A DNA stretch of 64,000 nucleotides from Macrostomum lignano (taxonomy: Eukaryota). Below the pieces are notes generated by a model that had not been told where the DNA came from, made no database searches, and saw only the letters and a program-made list of their open reading frames with translations. The stretch is from positions 558,001 to 622,000 of the forward strand of contig NIVC01000035.1 of the NCBI GenBank assembly GCA_002269645.1, read 5' to 3'. This document shows positions 10,361 through 22,205 of the stretch, in pieces. A program made the translations under genes and the position numbers. The first letter of the stretch is position 1. Every line of letters begins with the position of its first letter.

Positions 10361-13300
10361 ATGTCTATTAAACTTTGCTTATTCGTTCTATATTTATGCT
10401 GTATGACCATTTCTACTGGGATGGGTAAGAATAAAGGCTATAAAATGTAATGTCTGTACAAATTAAATTTTTTGATTAACTACTGATATATGTTCATAAA
10501 AAGCGTGCCTTTTCGTATGTGCCTTTTCATAAAATTGACTAATAAAATTAGTGTCATAACTAAATTCTGCGTTATAACAACCCATAGCAACATATATATA
10601 ACTTATAAGATTTGCAAAGTCATCTGAGCATCTCTTCATGCTGAATTTCAGGATCAAAAGTTCTGCTTGGCATTGATTTTGGCTCTGAGTACATAAAAGT
10701 GGCTGTCTTAAAGGTTTGAATTTTTAACCTTAATTTTCTATTGCCATTACATCCAGCAAAATAATTCAGGTTCCTTATTCATGCATATATTATGCTTAAA
10801 ATTTTAGCCAGGAAGACAATTAGAGATTGCATTAAACAGGTAATGTCATTTGTTTATAAACAGTAGAACTACCGAGAGGGGGTACATATATATTTTTTTT
10901 ATTGTCTGGCTCTCTGGACCGTCGAGATATTCAACGATTCCGCCAAAACGTCATCTTTCTCTAGTGCATTCAATGCACCCCTGTTCGTCAATCAGAACTG
11001 CACATCAGTGCAGCCTTGCCGAGCCACCAAATTTCATTAACACGTCGACCACTGTGTCACACAGACAGAGCTTCTGGACCTTCAACAGATGGCACCAGGT
11101 CACTATGGACACTCTGTTGCGAATTTCTTTGATGTCGCTGACCAAACTTCAATAATGTACAAATCTCAACCCGTTGAATTAGCTGGCGACGTCTGAATGA
11201 CGACTGAATGCCTCGAGACTTTTCGAGCATTCATCCAACCTTCTGGTAGAATCGTTTAAAATCTCAACGTTCCGGAAGACTGGCGACTTGATTCTTGTTC
11301 GAGAAGGTGCGCAACGAACATTTAGCATTCCGTGTTCTTCAATTTCGTGTGTCTGCGTTCTGCGTTCCGCGAGGCAGCAAAAAATTGTCAGAGGGGGGTT
11401 CTCCTCTCGGTAGTTCGACGGGCGGAAAGATGACTTGTTATTCCTATGCTGTTAAATCTTATTGAAACAATACTGACACATGAGATGTCTTTACAATCAA
11501 CCATGATGGCTAACATTTATATAAAAATTTTAGCGAAGCTCGGAGAAAAATGTCTACGGCAGTAGCTTTCAGAGACGGTGAACGTCTTATTGGTGACTCA
11601 GCTTTGTCTATGGTATGTTTCACACTCTTTATCAGTACTGTTATTGTACCAGAAAATGTACATCATCACTGTATAGCTAAATATGCCAGAATAAAACTCG
11701 CATTACTGGCAGGCAAAGAAGCACCCAGATCAGACCTTTCTGCACCTGCCGCTTCTACTTGGTTGCCAACTAAACAGTCCCATGGTGGAACTCTACCGTC
11801 AACGATATCCCCATCATCGAATAGTTGTTGGAGCGGACGGTACATTGGAGTTTCTACTTAGTGGGTAAGTATTCGAATCGGACCCCAGGTAGAATACGCT
11901 ACAGCCTTCTGAATTTCCGTATTCCAACCGAAGCAAGTCATTTTCAAGGACCACTAGAAGTTACCATTAATTTACAGAAATCTTCGCTTGTCTGTGGAGC
12001 AACTGTCTGCCATGCTACTAGAAGCAGCAATCGAGACGGCAAAAACATTTATAGACGACGATGTGGACAATTCTACAACTAGAAATGGCTCGAAAAGTGA
12101 ATTTGAAGTTGCCATAGCAACGCCGCCATTTTGGGGACAAGCGGAACGTGGCGCCATTCTGCGCGCTGCACAGTATGCCGGGATTCCAGCTGCTCGGCTG
12201 GTCAACAACAACGCTGCGGGTCAGTTGTGGCCAAACTGAGGCTGTCAGAGGCGTAGCTCTGGGTGTCAGTTGGTTGTCAGAGACGTAGCTTTGGGTGTCA
12301 GTTGGTTGTCTGAGGCGTAGCTTTGAGTGTCAGTTGGTTGTCAGAGCCGTAGCTTTGGGTGTCAGTGGGTTGTCAGAGGCGTAGCTTTGGGTGTCAGTTG
12401 GTTGTCATAGGCGTAGCTTTGGGTGTCAGTTGATTGTCAGAGACGTAGCTTTGGGTGTCAGTGGGTTGTCAGAGGCGTAGCTCTGAGTGTCAGTTGGTTG
12501 TCAGAGGCGTAGCTCTGGGTGTCAGTAGGTTGTCAGAGGCGTAGCTTTGGGTGTCAGTGGGTTGTCAGAGGCGTAGCTTTGGGTGTCAGTGGGTTGTCAG
12601 AGGCGTAGCTTTGGGTGTCAGTGGGTTGTCAGAGGCGTAGCTTTGGATGTCAGTGGGTTGTCAGAGGCGTAGCTTTGGGTGTCAGTGGGTTGTCAGAGGC
12701 GTAGCTTTGGGTGTCAGTGGGTTGTCAGAGACGTAGCTTTGGGTATCCGTTGGTTGTCAGAGGCGTAGCTTTGGGTGTCAGTTGGTTGTCAGAGGCGTAG
12801 CTTTGGGTGTTAGTTGGTTGTCAGAGCCGTAGCTTTGAGTGTCAGTTGGTTGTCAGAGCCGTAGCTTTGAGTGTCAGTTAGTTGTCAGGTGCATCATTTC
12901 AAGTGTCAGTTCGATGTTAATTGTGTCGTTATACTTGTCAGTTTTAAGGAAATTGGTTTAGGTACTATAAGTAGCTTGATCCAGTGAAGTGATAACTTTC
13001 AACCAAAATGGATTCCTCGCTTATTCGGTTTCAGTTGCTCTGAACTGTGGCAACAGCATCTTGTCAAGTCTGAGTTCCAAGCCTCAGTCGCGTACATTCT
13101 TCGATTTCGGCGCATCTTTTACTGTCAGCACTGCTGCATGTAAGTGCCCTGAGTGCAAGTAGGCAATCTGTCATCTAGATACAAGAACAGGCCTTCAAAA
13201 TCTGTCATCTAGATACAAGAACAGGCCTTCAAAATCTGTCATCTAGATACAAGAACAGGCCTTCGAAAATCTGTCATCTAGATACAAGAACAGGCCTTCA

Positions 13301-16300
13301 AAATCTGTCATCTAGATACAAGAACAGGCCTTCAAAATCTGTCATCTAGATACAATAACAGGCCTTCAAAATCTGTCATCTAGATACAATAACAGGCCTT
13401 CAAAATCTACCATCTAGATACAGTAACAGGCCTTCAAAATCTATCATCTAGATACAATAACAGGCCTTCAAAATCTGTCATCTAGATACAATAACAGGCC
13501 TTCAAAATCTGTCATCTAGATACAATAACAGGCCTTCAAAATCTGTCATCTAGATACAATAACAGGCCTTCAAAATCTGTCATCTAGATACAATAACAGG
13601 CCTTCAAAATCTGTCATCTAGATACAATAACAGGCCTTCAAAATCTACCATCTAGATACAATAACAGGCCTTCAAAATCTACCATCTAGATACAGTAACA
13701 GGCCTTCAAAATCTATCATCTAGATACAATAACAGGCCTTCAAAATCTATCATCTAGATACAATAACAGGCCTTCAAAATCTATCATCTAGATACAGTAA
13801 CAGGCCTTCAAAATCTACCATCTAGATACAATAACAGGCCTTCAAAATCTACCATCTAGATACAATAACAGGCCTTCAAAATCTACCATCTAGATACAGT
13901 AACAGGCCTTCAAAATCTATCATCTAGATACAATAACAGGCCTTCAAAATCTATCATCTACATACAATAACAGGCCTTCAAAATCTATCATCTAGATACA
14001 ATAACAGGCCTTCAAAATCTATCATCTAGATACAATAACAGGCCTTTAAAAAGATATTGACCCCCTAATATATTTTTAGCATATCAAAAAGTGACCGGTT
14101 CCAAGAATTTTCAAACCTACCTGCTGCGAATTCTTGGCACTGGTTACGACCCGGCGCTGGGCACCTTCGATTTTATTGAACGATTAATTAACGCCGGAAA
14201 ATCACCGGTTACTATGGACGCTAGTTCGGTTGCTAAGGCCCGAGTAGAAGCCGGGCAATTATTTCGGGTGCTCAGCGCCAATCGGCGAGCTGGTTCGATG
14301 ACACGAGACCAGCTGAGAACGAAGGTTGCGGACTTGTTGAACAGACTGAGGCGACCAGTTGAAATGATGACGTCATTGGCTGGTGACGTCACCCGTAGTA
14401 GCAGCAGCGATACGCTATTGATGGGCGGCGGATCCCGGTGTCCGCTGGTGCAAGAGGAGCTGATGAAATTCTTGGGAAGGTAAAATGGCACGGTTGGGAA
14501 GGGGTTGTTATGCGAATAACACCCATGAGAGCCAAGCCCCCCCCCCCGGCACAGAGGTTAATATGAGTTTTGTTTAATTTGAGTTCAATTAGGTTAGTTT
14601 AGTGTAGTTCGGTTTACAGTAGTTTAGATCAGTTTTGTCTTATTTAGTTGAGTTTAGTTAGTCCATTTTAGTTTGGTCCAGTTTAGTTTAGTTTAGTTTA
14701 GTTTAGCTTAGTTTAGTTTAGTTTATTTTAGTATAGTTTAGTTTAGTGTTGTTTAGTTTAGTTTAGTTTAGTATAGTTTAGTTTATTTCAGTTTAGTTTA
14801 GTTTAGTGTTGTTTAGTTTATTTTGGTGTAGTTTAGTTTAGTTTGGTTTAGTTTAGTTTAGTCTAATTTATTTTAGTTTAGTCTAATTTACTTAGCATAG
14901 TAGTTCAATTTGTGTAGTCATCAATTTTTTTACATGCAGCTCCAGACTGGGTCATTCGATCAACACTGATGAAGCTGCCGCGTTGGGAGCCGTTCAGCAT
15001 CTGGTTGCCATGGAAACTAATCGAGCTAGAAAGCGCCATTCACGTGACGGCGGATTTTCTAAGAGAAAATCTGGAACAGCGCAAATGCTATTGGTTGATG
15101 TCAATTTGTTCTCCGTGGCTGCCGTGAGTTCGGATTGACTTGCCTCACGGTTCCTTGCTTGTTGAGATAGGCAAGTGGGGTGAGAAGTGAGAGTAAAGAA
15201 GAGAGTAGATAAGAATAGAGTGTAGAATAGAGAAGGTAGAGTAGAGTGGTAGATGAGTGGAGAAGGTAGAGTAGAGCAGTAGATATGTGGAGGGGGTAGA
15301 GTGAAGAGTAGATAAGAAAATAGAGTAGAGTAGAGTAAAGAATAGAAAAGAGGAGATGGTAGAATAGAGAGTAGATAAGAGGAGAAAGTAGGGTGAAGAG
15401 TAGATAAGAGAATAGTGTAGAGTGAAGAATAGACAAGAGGACAGGGTAGAGTAGAGTGAAGAGTAGATAAGAGGACGGGGTAGAGTAGAGTGAAGAGTAG
15501 ATAAGAGGACAGGGTAGAGTAGAGTGAAGAGTAGATAAGAGGATAGGGTAGAGTAGAGTGGAGAGTAGATAAGAGGACAGGGTAGAGTAGAGTGGAGAGT
15601 AGATAAGAGGACAGGGTAGAGTAGAGTGGAGAGTAGATAAGAGGACAGGGTAGAGTTAGAGTGGAGAGTAGATTAGGGGAGAGAAGAGAGTAAAGAGTAA
15701 AGGAGAGGAGAGCAAAGGACAATGGAGACGAGATCTCGAGTGAAAAGTGCAAACAAAGTGCTAGTTATGCTACAAAGCATACCATCTCAAATAGTTAAAC
15801 TCTCCATCAAACCAGAGCGCCAACATCACAGGCTCTTATGTCAATCGTCAGTCGGTATTCAAAATTGGCGATCCAATTCCAAACAAGAAATCAATCAACT
15901 TCGAGACTGATGCTGCATCTTTACCTGATGAGTTTTGCATTGTCCTTGAATACCATAATACATCGAATTTGAACGAATTTCAGCGAAGGTAAGTAAATGC
16001 TTCTGCATGGCAACTAATTATCTCATAACAATTTGCAATACATAATAGCTAAAAATGCGTAAATCCTTATTTGTTTCAGGTGTCTTGGTGGTACTCTTCT
16101 GGTTAAATATTGTACTACCGAGTTTGATCGAATTCGAAATAAATTTAGAGCAAATTTTTCCAATATTTCTACTAATAGTAAACAAACTAGCATTGGAGCA
16201 CTTTTTAGACACGATAGCAGCGGAATTTTATGGTTAGATAAGCTAGAATTGATTGCTGATAAGATCGCTAATCAGCCAATTAGATTTCAACCGGTAAAAT

Positions 16301-18724
16301 ATGGCTATGCCGTGCCATCGGTGGAACAGCGACAGCATAGCAGAGATGTGTAAGTTGAGTTCGTATTTCTTTTTTTGTTAATATTTTCTATGAAACTATT
16401 TAGAATTGAAAAATTGATAGAGAACACATTGAAGGATGAGAGAGAGGGTAGCGGTGTCCAGATGAAGGATCAGAGAGAGGGTAGCGGTGTCCAGATGAAG
16501 GATCAGAGAGAGGGTAGCGGTGTCCAGATGAAGGATCAGAGAGAGGGTAGCGGTGTCCAGATGAAGGATCAGAGAGAGGGTAGCGGTGTCCAAATGAAGG
16601 ATCAGAGAGAGGGTAGCGGTGTCCAGATGAAGGATCAGAGAGAGGGTAGCGGTGTCCAGATGAAGGATCAGAGAGAGGGTAGCGGTGTCCAGATGAAGGA
16701 TCAGAGAGAGGGTAGCGGTGTCCAGATGAAGGATCAGAGAGAGGGTAGCGGTGTCCAGATGAAGGATCAGAGAGAGGGTAGCGGTGTCCAGATGGAGGAT
16801 CAGAGAGAGGGTAGCGGTGTCCAGATGGAGGATCAGAGAAATGGTAGCGGTGTCCAGATGAAGGATTAGCGGTAAGCTGCCAAACTAAGGACAGAAAGAC
16901 GATCTCAAACGAGCCCTCAAAAATCTCCAGCATTCTCGAGTTCCGTCGTCGCGAGCTCGAGACCCGAGCAGCATCGAAAATTCGCAACGATTTGGAAGCG
17001 GCGGTGATCGAATATCGAGCCAGGCTGTTCGGCGATGATAGCAGCGGTAACCATGACAACCAAATGAAAAATTCGAGCACAGTTCAACCGATATACTCCA
17101 GATGCTCGAGTAAAAAAGAACGCCAAGAACTTTTGGCTGCTTTGGCTAAGGCGGAACAGGCTTTAGCTGCGGGATCCTCGTCAAATTTAACGATGCTGAA
17201 TACCGAGTTGAAACGATTAAAACAAACTTTTGCTGCCGTCTCGGCCAGGGCAATCGAGTTGATGAAGCGCCCAGCTGCTCTGGCTAGCCTTGAGTCAGTT
17301 TTAAAATTGGCGGAGTCAAACATTTCTGCAACTGAAAAAGATTCAAAATTGATAGCCGAGACTAGGAGTGTGAAGGTGGGCGCCGATTTGATTTGTGCTT
17401 ATTTCTTAGAATTTCTAAGATTGGCCCTTTCTTAGAATAGTTTAGCCATTTCTTAGAATATCATTTGCACTTTCTTATAACCGTAAGCCATTTCTTAGAA
17501 TAGTAAGCCATTTCTTAGAATAGTCAGCCATTTCTTAGAATAGTAAGCCATTTCTTAGAATAGTAAGCCATTTCTTAGAATAGTAAGCAATTTCTTAGAA
17601 TAGTAAGCCATTTCTAAGAACCGTAAGCCATTTCTTAGAATAGTAAGCCATTTCTTAGAATAAAAAGCACTTTCGTGGAATATTAAGCACTTAAAAATCG
17701 ATCCAAACTCCCACAGAAGTGGCTCACAGCGGCCAAGGCAGCTCTGGTCAACGCCGATCTGACCCAGAATCCGCCAGTCTTGGTCCGTCAGATAGAATCA
17801 GAATACAAAAGCAAATTATTCAAAGCGGAGCAAAGTTTCGAAAAGACGCCTAAGCCATGAGCTGGAGGACAGCGATGAGGACGACACGCTGTCAGGTGCG
17901 AAGAAGAGCGCATCTTACGGTAGAAGTCACCAGGGTTCTAGACGTCCGTCTAGGTGTCTAGGGGTATAGGTGTCTAGAGGTATAGGTGTCTAAGGATATA
18001 GGTGTCTAGATGTCTAGGGGTTTAGGTGTCTATGGGGTCTAGGGGTATAGGTGTCTAGAAGTATAGGTGTCTAGGGGTCTAGGTGTCTAGGTGTCTAGTG
18101 GTCTAGGTGTCTAGGGGTCTAGGGGTCTAGGGGTCTAGGGGTCTAGGGGTCTAGGGGTCTAGGGGTCTAGGTGTCTAGGTGTCTAGGGGTCTAGGGTCTA
18201 GGGGTCTAGAGGTCTAGAGGTCTAGGGGTCTAGAGGTCTAGAGGTCTAGAGGTCTAGGGGTCTAGGGGTCTAGGGGTCTAGAGGTCTAGGGGCATATGTG
18301 TCTAGATGTCTAGGTGTCTAGCAACTCTGCATTGCTTCAGTTCACCCAGCTGTAAAATTTACCTATTAGCTGGGGTAATTGACGGTGTGTGTGGCGACCC
18401 CCCAGTCCTTGGACTGAACAGCCGTACGCAGCCTTCAGATGCGCCGCGCAATAGCTGCGGCTGAGCTGTCAGTTGCACATCTGGCCATTAGGGCAGGTGT
18501 AATCAATTATTATTATAATAATATTAGGCAAAAATCACACTTAATTCACCGAATATGAATATATTCCAGAATCTACTCGCCCAAGACGGTCTCTGCCGAG
18601 TGAGGACGAAGTTGAAGCAAGCGACGAGTCTGACAGCGACCATCCAGACTTGGATGATGATGACGATATTGATCGAGGAAATCGTCGCGACGTTGATTTT
18701 CATTCGCTAATTGGCGAACTTTAA
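10361..18724 (+). CDS. HYOU1: HYOU1/Grp170/ORP150-like ER Hsp70-family chaperone, divergent. Exons 10361-10424, 10652-10713, 10808-10839, 11534-11612, 11713-11864, 11978-12219, 13035-13139, 14080-14479, 14946-15123, 15795-15988, 16080-16349, 16931-17375, 17717-17860 (TGA); out-of-frame tail 17859-17895 plus 18570-18724
   Basis: Signal peptide MSIKLCLFVLYLCC; GIDFGSEYIKVAVLKPG; RRKMSTAVAFRDGERLIGDSA; FFDFGAS; LLMGGGSRCPLVQE; INTDEAAALGAV; FRHDSSGILWLD; RNDLEA. All 13 exons to the TGA are phase-consistent (788 aa). The terminal exon ends ...HSLIGEL*, followed by AATAAA at 18730. Confidence 0.9.
12240..12890 (+). repeat. Tandem array, 32-bp unit (HYOU1 intron 6)
   Basis: gtcagttggttgtcagaggcgtagctttgggt. 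Confidence 0.95.
13165..14045 (+). repeat. Tandem array, 34-bp unit (HYOU1 intron 7)
   Basis: tctgtcatctagatacaataacaggccttcaaaa. Confidence 0.95.
14560..14900 (+). repeat. (GTTTA)n microsatellite (HYOU1 intron 8)
   Basis: gtttagtttagttta. Confidence 0.95.
15185..15720 (+). repeat. Purine-rich tandem array, about 34-bp unit (HYOU1 intron 9)
   Basis: agagtagagtgaagagtagataagaggacagggt. Confidence 0.93.
16432..16866 (+). repeat. Tandem array, 33-bp unit (HYOU1 intron 11)
   Basis: gatgaaggatcagagagagggtagcggtgtcca. Confidence 0.95.
17428..17665 (+). repeat. Tandem array, 20-bp unit (HYOU1 intron 12)
   Basis: tttcttagaatagtaagcca. Confidence 0.93.
17945..18320 (+). repeat. 8-bp tandem repeat (last HYOU1 intron)
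   Basis: (aggggtct)n with aggtgtct/agaggtct variants. Confidence 0.93.
18325..18525 (+). mobile_element. 5'-truncated copy of the CORE-SINE
   Basis: gcattgcttcagttcacccagctgtaaaa...ttagctggggtaattga...ggcgacccccagtc.ttggactgaacagccgtacgcagccttc matches the reverse complement of 35790-35980. Confidence 0.82.
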
Positions 18725-18874
18725 AGTTTAATAAACTTCAACCGAGATTTTCTAGGGCTGACTGCAGTTCCTTATCCTGACTTTTGTGGTGGTTTTGGTA
18801 AGATTTTCACATTCTCCAAGCGAAATTTCACCTTTGCTAAATTCAACGGACTTTATTTAAACACCAGACTTAAA

Positions 18875-19270
18875 AATTCCCAAACTTCACAATTCCCCAA
18901 TCTTCACAATCCCCAATCTTCACAATTTCCCAATCTTCACAATTTCCCAATCTTCAAAATTTCCCAATCTTCACAATTTCCCAATCTTCACCATCCCCAA
19001 TCTTCACAATTTCCCAATCTTCACAATCCCCAATATTCACAATTTCCCAAACTTCACAATTTCCCAATCTTCACAATTTCCCAATCTTCACAATTTCCCA
19101 AACTTCACAATTTCCCAATCTTCACAATCCCCAATCTTCACAATTTCCCAATCTTCACAATCCCCAATCTTCACAATTTCCCAATCTTCACCATCCCCAA
19201 TCTTCACCATCCCCAATCTTCACAATATCCCAAACTTCACAATTTCTAAACTTCACAATTCTCAACCTTC
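18875..19270 (+). repeat. Tandem array, 16-17-bp unit
   Basis: tcccaatcttcacaatt. Confidence 0.93.
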
Positions 19271-19567
19271 CCATACCCCGTGGCTTCTTATACTGCCTTT
19301 CATAATCAAACTACGTCGGTGCTGTAAAATAATCTATTATTTAGTAACCGTCCATTATTGTGAATCAAACCCAGAAGATTTAACTTGTTTCTTATTTTCC
19401 TCAAGCCATTATCTTATTTGCTTGGTGCAAGAAGCTTTTCCTCGCTCAGATAGCTTGCTGGCTTATCATAAATACACGCGGCTTAAGTACTTGGATTCTG
19501 TTTGAATTATTACCTATTTTAGTGTGAAATGCTGCTACAAGTATTGTAATACGACTTGAAAATTGAT

Positions 19568-20078
19568 TCTCCCTGCCTGTCTCTCCCTGCCTGTCTCTCC
19601 CTGCCTGTCTCTCCCTGCCTGTCTCTCCCTGCCTGTCTCTCCCTGCCTGTCTCTCCCTGCCTGTCTCTCCCTGCCTGTCTCTCCCTGCCTGTCTCTCCCT
19701 GCCTGTCTCTCCCTGCCTGTCTCTCCCTGCCTGTCTCTCCCTGCCTGTCTCTCCCTGCCTGTCTCTCCCTGCCTGTCTCTCCCTGCCTGTCTCTCCCTGC
19801 CTGTCTCTCCCTGCCTGTCTCTCCCTGCCTGTCTCTCCCTGCCTGTCTCTCCCTGCCTGTCTCTCCCTGCCTGTCTCTCCCTGCCTGTCTCTCCCTGCCT
19901 GTCTCTCCCTGCCTGTCTCTTTCTGCCTGTCTCTTTCTGCCTGTCTCTCCCTACCTGTCTCTCCCTACCTGTCTCTCCCTACCTGTCTCTCCCTGCCTGT
20001 CTCTCCCTGCCTGTCTCTCCCTGCCTGTCTCTCCCTGCCTGTCTCTCCCTACCTGTCTCTCCCTACCTGTCTCTCCCT
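19568..20078 (+). repeat. Tandem array, 14-bp unit
   Basis: ccctgcctgtctct. Confidence 0.95.
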
Positions 20079-20338
20079 GGCTACTAATTGAACATAATGC
20101 TATTTCGCCAAAAGTACATGAGCTACGAGTACTTTATATGACAACGAAATATTGCAGCGATACGGTCGCAGAGGGGAGTAACACTAGGCTTCTATCATAG
20201 ACTAAAATTTTATAGTTTTGTACTTAAACAGTAGATAGAGAATTGAGTAATTCAGCCAAGGTCAAACCCCCCAGAGAACCAGAGCGAGGAGGACACTTCA
20301 TCACTACCAGCTGATCCAGTAGCATTCCTTGAAGAAGC

Positions 20339-21722
20339 ATGCATCAGCTGCACGTTCCAGCTTCCGTATCCTGTCCAGGAGAGCTAAATCCTGTGCCCCA
20401 GATGGCTCCGGTTCCATTTGCGCCAGCTCTGCAGCGCGTCCGCGAGAACCGGCAGCTCGCCCAGGTGCACAAAGCGCTGACTTCGGGATTAAATCCCCTC
20501 GATGACGTGTTCTCCTGGATGGACCAGGACAATAACTCCGCTATATCTGGCAAACTGGCCGAGCAGAGCAAGCTGACGGCTTCGAAGTTTAATTTTATGT
20601 ACTTCCGCATTCGGATACCTGATTATCGTGCCGTTCTTAATAGTCTGGTGCAGGTGAGGGCAAGAAAAAACTTTAACTAACGTCCCTAAATCCTAACCTT
20701 ATATTCCATCCTTAAAATCCTATCCTTAAAATCCCATCCTTGAGATCCTATTCCTAAAATCCCATCTTGAAAATCACATCCTTAAAATACCAAACCTAAA
20801 TCCGATCCTTAAAATCCCATCCTTAAAATCCCGTTTCTAAAATCCCATCCTTGAAATCCCAACCTTAAAATCCCATCCTTAAAATCCCATCCTTAAATTC
20901 CCATCCTTAAAATCCCAACCATAAAATTCCATCCTTTAAATCCCATCCTTAAAATCCCATCCTTCAAATTCCATCCCTCAAATCCCATTCTTAAAATCCC
21001 ATCCTTAAAATCTCACCCTTAAAATCTTATCCTTGAAATTCCATCGTTAAAATCCCACCTATATAAGTCCAGCTTCGAAATCCTACACTTAAAATCCTAT
21101 ACTTTAAATCCCATCCTTAAAATCCCATCCTTAAAATCCCATCTTTAAAATCCCATCTTTAAAATCCCATCTTTAAAATCCCATCCTTAAAATCTTATCC
21201 TTGAAATTCCATCGTTAAAATCCCATCCTTAAAATCCCATCCTTAAAATCCAATCCTCTTTCCCATCGGCAGGTGGCCAAATCCGAAAGCCTATTTAGCG
21301 AGGAGAAGCTGCGCAAGTGGACTCTGGGCTATCGATTCCGCCTGCAGAAGGGTGCCCCAATCAAGGCCGCCCTGAGGGCCTTCTCTTGTCGTCTCGGCAT
21401 TGAGTCCGACTCCGACATTGTGTTCTGCCGCGACGGTTTCTTCGGCGACCCGGCGGCGGGCACGCTGTCCTCGCCGACTGGCATTCCGCACCAGATGCTC
21501 CTTGGCGACGTTACCGCAGTCGGCTGCGGCCTCACCAACGGTTCGAGCATCTTCGTCAGCAAGTCAACGCCTATGGAACGCGAGGCCGCTGCCGCCGTTC
21601 TACGCGTCATCGACGAGGAGCCGGCCGGAGGCGAAGAAGGCGAAGGCGGCGCCGGCTCGCCGTCTGGCGAAGGATCGTCAACTTCGCCATCGCCGAGTGC
21701 CTCGGAGACCGTCAACGAATAA
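20339..21722 (+). CDS. Protein with an internal SUMO-like (Rad60/Nip45 SLD-type) ubiquitin-fold domain, about 254 aa; exons 20339-20653, 21273-21722; true N-terminus uncertain
   Basis: FRLQKGAPIKAALRAFSCRLGIESDSDIVFCRDG...GDVTAVGCGLTNGSSIFV resembles the SUMO pattern FK+K..T.L.KL...Y..RQG....IRF.FDG...T...L.+...D.I.V. Phase-0 intron cag|gtgagg...ggcag|gtg. Acidic/Ser-rich tail with no terminal diglycine. Confidence 0.6.
20685..21250 (+). repeat. Tandem array, 14-bp unit (intron of the SUMO-like-domain gene)
   Basis: tcccatccttaaaa. Confidence 0.92.
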
Positions 21723-22205
21723 TCTGCGAGAGTTGATAGTTTTTTTCCTGGAGTATTTATTTCGCTGACAAAACAGCAGAAGAAACAAGACAATTGTGTT
21801 GATTCGTGAAATATTTCATTTTTACTGAAAAAGTCAAATAAATATTTTTCTCTAATTTTATGACGAAAAATTTTATGATGCGTTTTAAAAGCGTTCGCAT
21901 CTCGAGGCAAAAGCAAAAAAATCTGTTCTCGCCTCTATTGTGACGATGACTTTTTTCGTTAATGCCCATTTCCATTATCGTAATGGCACTTAAAAATTGC
22001 CAATCTCGAGGGCCTTTTTTGAATTTTTCATAGCTGAAAAGGCATTAGTAAGCGACGCTGTGATAGATGGATTGCAGTGAGCAGTGGGCGAAAGCGATTG
22101 GTTACTGAAAATATTTTGCTATTTGCAAAAAATATGTGTCTATTTAATAAACAAGAAAAAGAACGGATGAAAAGGAGGAAAGAACGATTAAATGCTGCAT
22201 CAAGG

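Noticed and set aside
10860-11450. Coding-like sequence in HYOU1 intron 3
   Set aside because: Frames on both strands are interrupted by stops and contain no recognisable motif; possibly a decayed TE, but unsupported.
16375-16869. (MKDQREGSGVQ)n ORF inside HYOU1 as a possible repeat exon
   Set aside because: A phase-compatible acceptor exists, but the frame ends at TAG 16867-16869 before any donor, and the flanking exons join in frame without it.
17773-17801. 13-55 nt micro-intron repairing the HYOU1 frame
   Set aside because: All confident short introns here are at least 91 nt, and the skipped sequence is Grp170-homologous (PPVL..IE).
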